NCBI GenBank assembly: GCA_027623195.1
Contig: JAQBUT010000040.1
Coordinates: 1-18,169, forward strand
DNA: 18,169 bases
Origin: Chloroflexota bacterium
Lineage (GTDB): Bacteria; Chloroflexota; Dehalococcoidia; Lucifugimonadales; JADFKI01
Direction: 5' to 3'
The first letter of the stretch is position 1. The number at the start of each line of letters is the position of its first letter. Made by a program: the position numbers and the translations under genes. Shown here one piece after another: positions 17,431-18,169 of this stretch. The notes beneath the pieces are model-generated. The model was not told where the DNA came from. It made no database searches and saw nothing but the letters and a program-made list of their open reading frames with translations.

Positions 17431-17772
17431 ATGTATCAGGATTATGAAGGCTTCCCCAGTGCCTTCTACGGTGAATCTTATTTAGACCCTGCACTATGGG
17501 AATACATCGACATGGACGAAGACGATAACGAGATGCTTGAGGTCCATACCGAATACGTGGGACCCAGCAATATTGACGATGCCCGCGATGCCTGCTACGG
17601 GACTTGCGATAACCCGGAAGATTGGGCTTTTGAATATCTGAATGAAACGGGCATGCTCAATGATGTCCCAGACGATATTAAGGCTTACATCGATTACGAG
17701 TCCTACGCTCGTGATTCGGGTATGATTTTTGCCCGGCGCAATGGGAAGATATGGGTATTCAATAACATCTAG
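17431..17772 (+). CDS. ardA: ArdA-like antirestriction protein, N-terminally truncated (possible pseudogene)
   Basis: Highly acidic; MYQDYEGFP...GES, YG, DVPDDIKAYIDYESYARD, C-terminal WVF; in-frame TAG at 17386-17388 excludes the usual N-terminal domain. Confidence 0.75.
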   Translation: MYQDYEGFPSAFYGESYLDPALWEYIDMDEDDNEMLEVHTEYVGPSNIDDARDACYGTCDNPEDWAFEYLNETGMLNDVPDDIKAYIDYESYARDSGMIFARRNGKIWVFNNI

Positions 17773-17832
17773 TATCTAAGCCCACATCAGGCCGGTGCGT
17801 CTCTGTACCGGCCTGTGAACGGCCTTAGATGC
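17772..17832 (+). other. Long imperfect hairpin between ardA and the tRNA-like element
   Basis: Outer stem GTATCTAAG/CTTAGATGC, inner stem CAGGCCGGTGC/GTACCGGCCTG. Confidence 0.65.
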
Positions 17833-17838
17833 CGAATA

Positions 17839-17908
17839 ACGGATGTAGCTCAGTGGCAGAGCAGCGGCGCTTGCCTGTTAGTCGCCGGTTCAATTCCGGC
17901 CACCCGTT
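17839..17908 (+). ncRNA. tRNA-like sequence with canonical D and T arms but aberrant anticodon arm
   Basis: Acceptor ACGGATG/CACCCGT (one A-C mismatch), TA-GCTC-AGTGGCA-GAGC D arm, GCCGG-TTCAATT-CCGGC T arm; no encoded CCA. Confidence 0.7.
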
Positions 17909-17945
17909 AAACCTAATTTGAACACGCACGAAGGATGGGAAAACA

Positions 17946-18107
17946 ATGACCCAGGACTATAAAATTCCACAGTCAATCTATATATCCGTAAGCCTGCTGG
18001 GCCGCCTAAAGGCCCTCACTAAAGCCGAGGGGCGCACAGTATCACAGGTTGCCGTGGAGCTACTGGAGGCATGGGCCAAGAAAGAGGAAAAAAAGCAATT
18101 AAAATAG
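17946..18107 (+). CDS. Small ribbon-helix-helix (CopG/Arc-like) DNA-binding protein, 53 aa
   Basis: MTQDYKIPQSIYISVSLLGRLKALTKAEGRTVSQVAVELLEAWAKKEEKKQLK: beta strand, helix, GRTVSQ turn, helix; purine-rich SD-like leader; below the ORF-track cutoff. Confidence 0.7.
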   Translation: MTQDYKIPQSIYISVSLLGRLKALTKAEGRTVSQVAVELLEAWAKKEEKKQLK

Positions 18108-18169
18108 AGATTAGCCTTCCCTACGATCACGCAGATGATATCTGGGCAGACGCGGATCACGAAACGTCC

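Larger units (their letters stand above)
17179..18169. mobile_element. End of an integrated element (genomic island/ICE/prophage), continuing beyond the window
   Basis: comM break, ardA-like and RHH cargo, lower GC (27/60 G+C in 17461-17520 versus 41/60 in 16321-16380). Confidence 0.75.

Noticed and set aside
17060..17494. 144-aa minus-strand ORF crossing the comM junction
   Set aside because: Overlaps ardA antisense and comM out of frame, and has no integrase or other recognisable motifs
17978..18160. 60-aa minus-strand ORF
   Set aside because: Antisense to the more convincing RHH gene; no recognisable features
1..18169. CRISPR array, rRNA, transposase or integrase genes
   Set aside because: No regularly spaced repeats or corresponding motifs seen in the window

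Overview
Bacterial genomic window; the gene repertoire suggests Chloroflexota/Dehalococcoidia (SAR202-like), but that is inference only. From left to right: (1) a DUF1800 gene divergent from a five-gene peptide/nickel-family ABC transporter operon plus a membrane protein; (2) a minus-strand trio for a Na+-translocating biotin decarboxylase (OadG-like subunit, OadB beta subunit, stand-alone biotin carrier) with no OadA/MmdA-type carboxyltransferase, sitting head-to-head with a pxpABC-like (LamB/KipI/KipA) operon whose PxpC has an extra C-terminal domain; (3) a ketopantoate-reductase-family gene; (4) a YqaA/DedA gene translationally coupled to a two-domain rhodanese with an in-frame TGA at the catalytic Cys position and a SECIS-like hairpin (probable selenoprotein); (5) the 3' part of comM/yifB, cut at the CPCG motif by an integrated element. 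The visible end of that element carries an N-terminally truncated ardA, a long hairpin, a tRNA-like sequence with an aberrant anticodon arm and a small ribbon-helix-helix gene. The best candidate for a new system is a PxpBC-type carboxyltransferase coupled to a Na+-pumping biotin decarboxylase.
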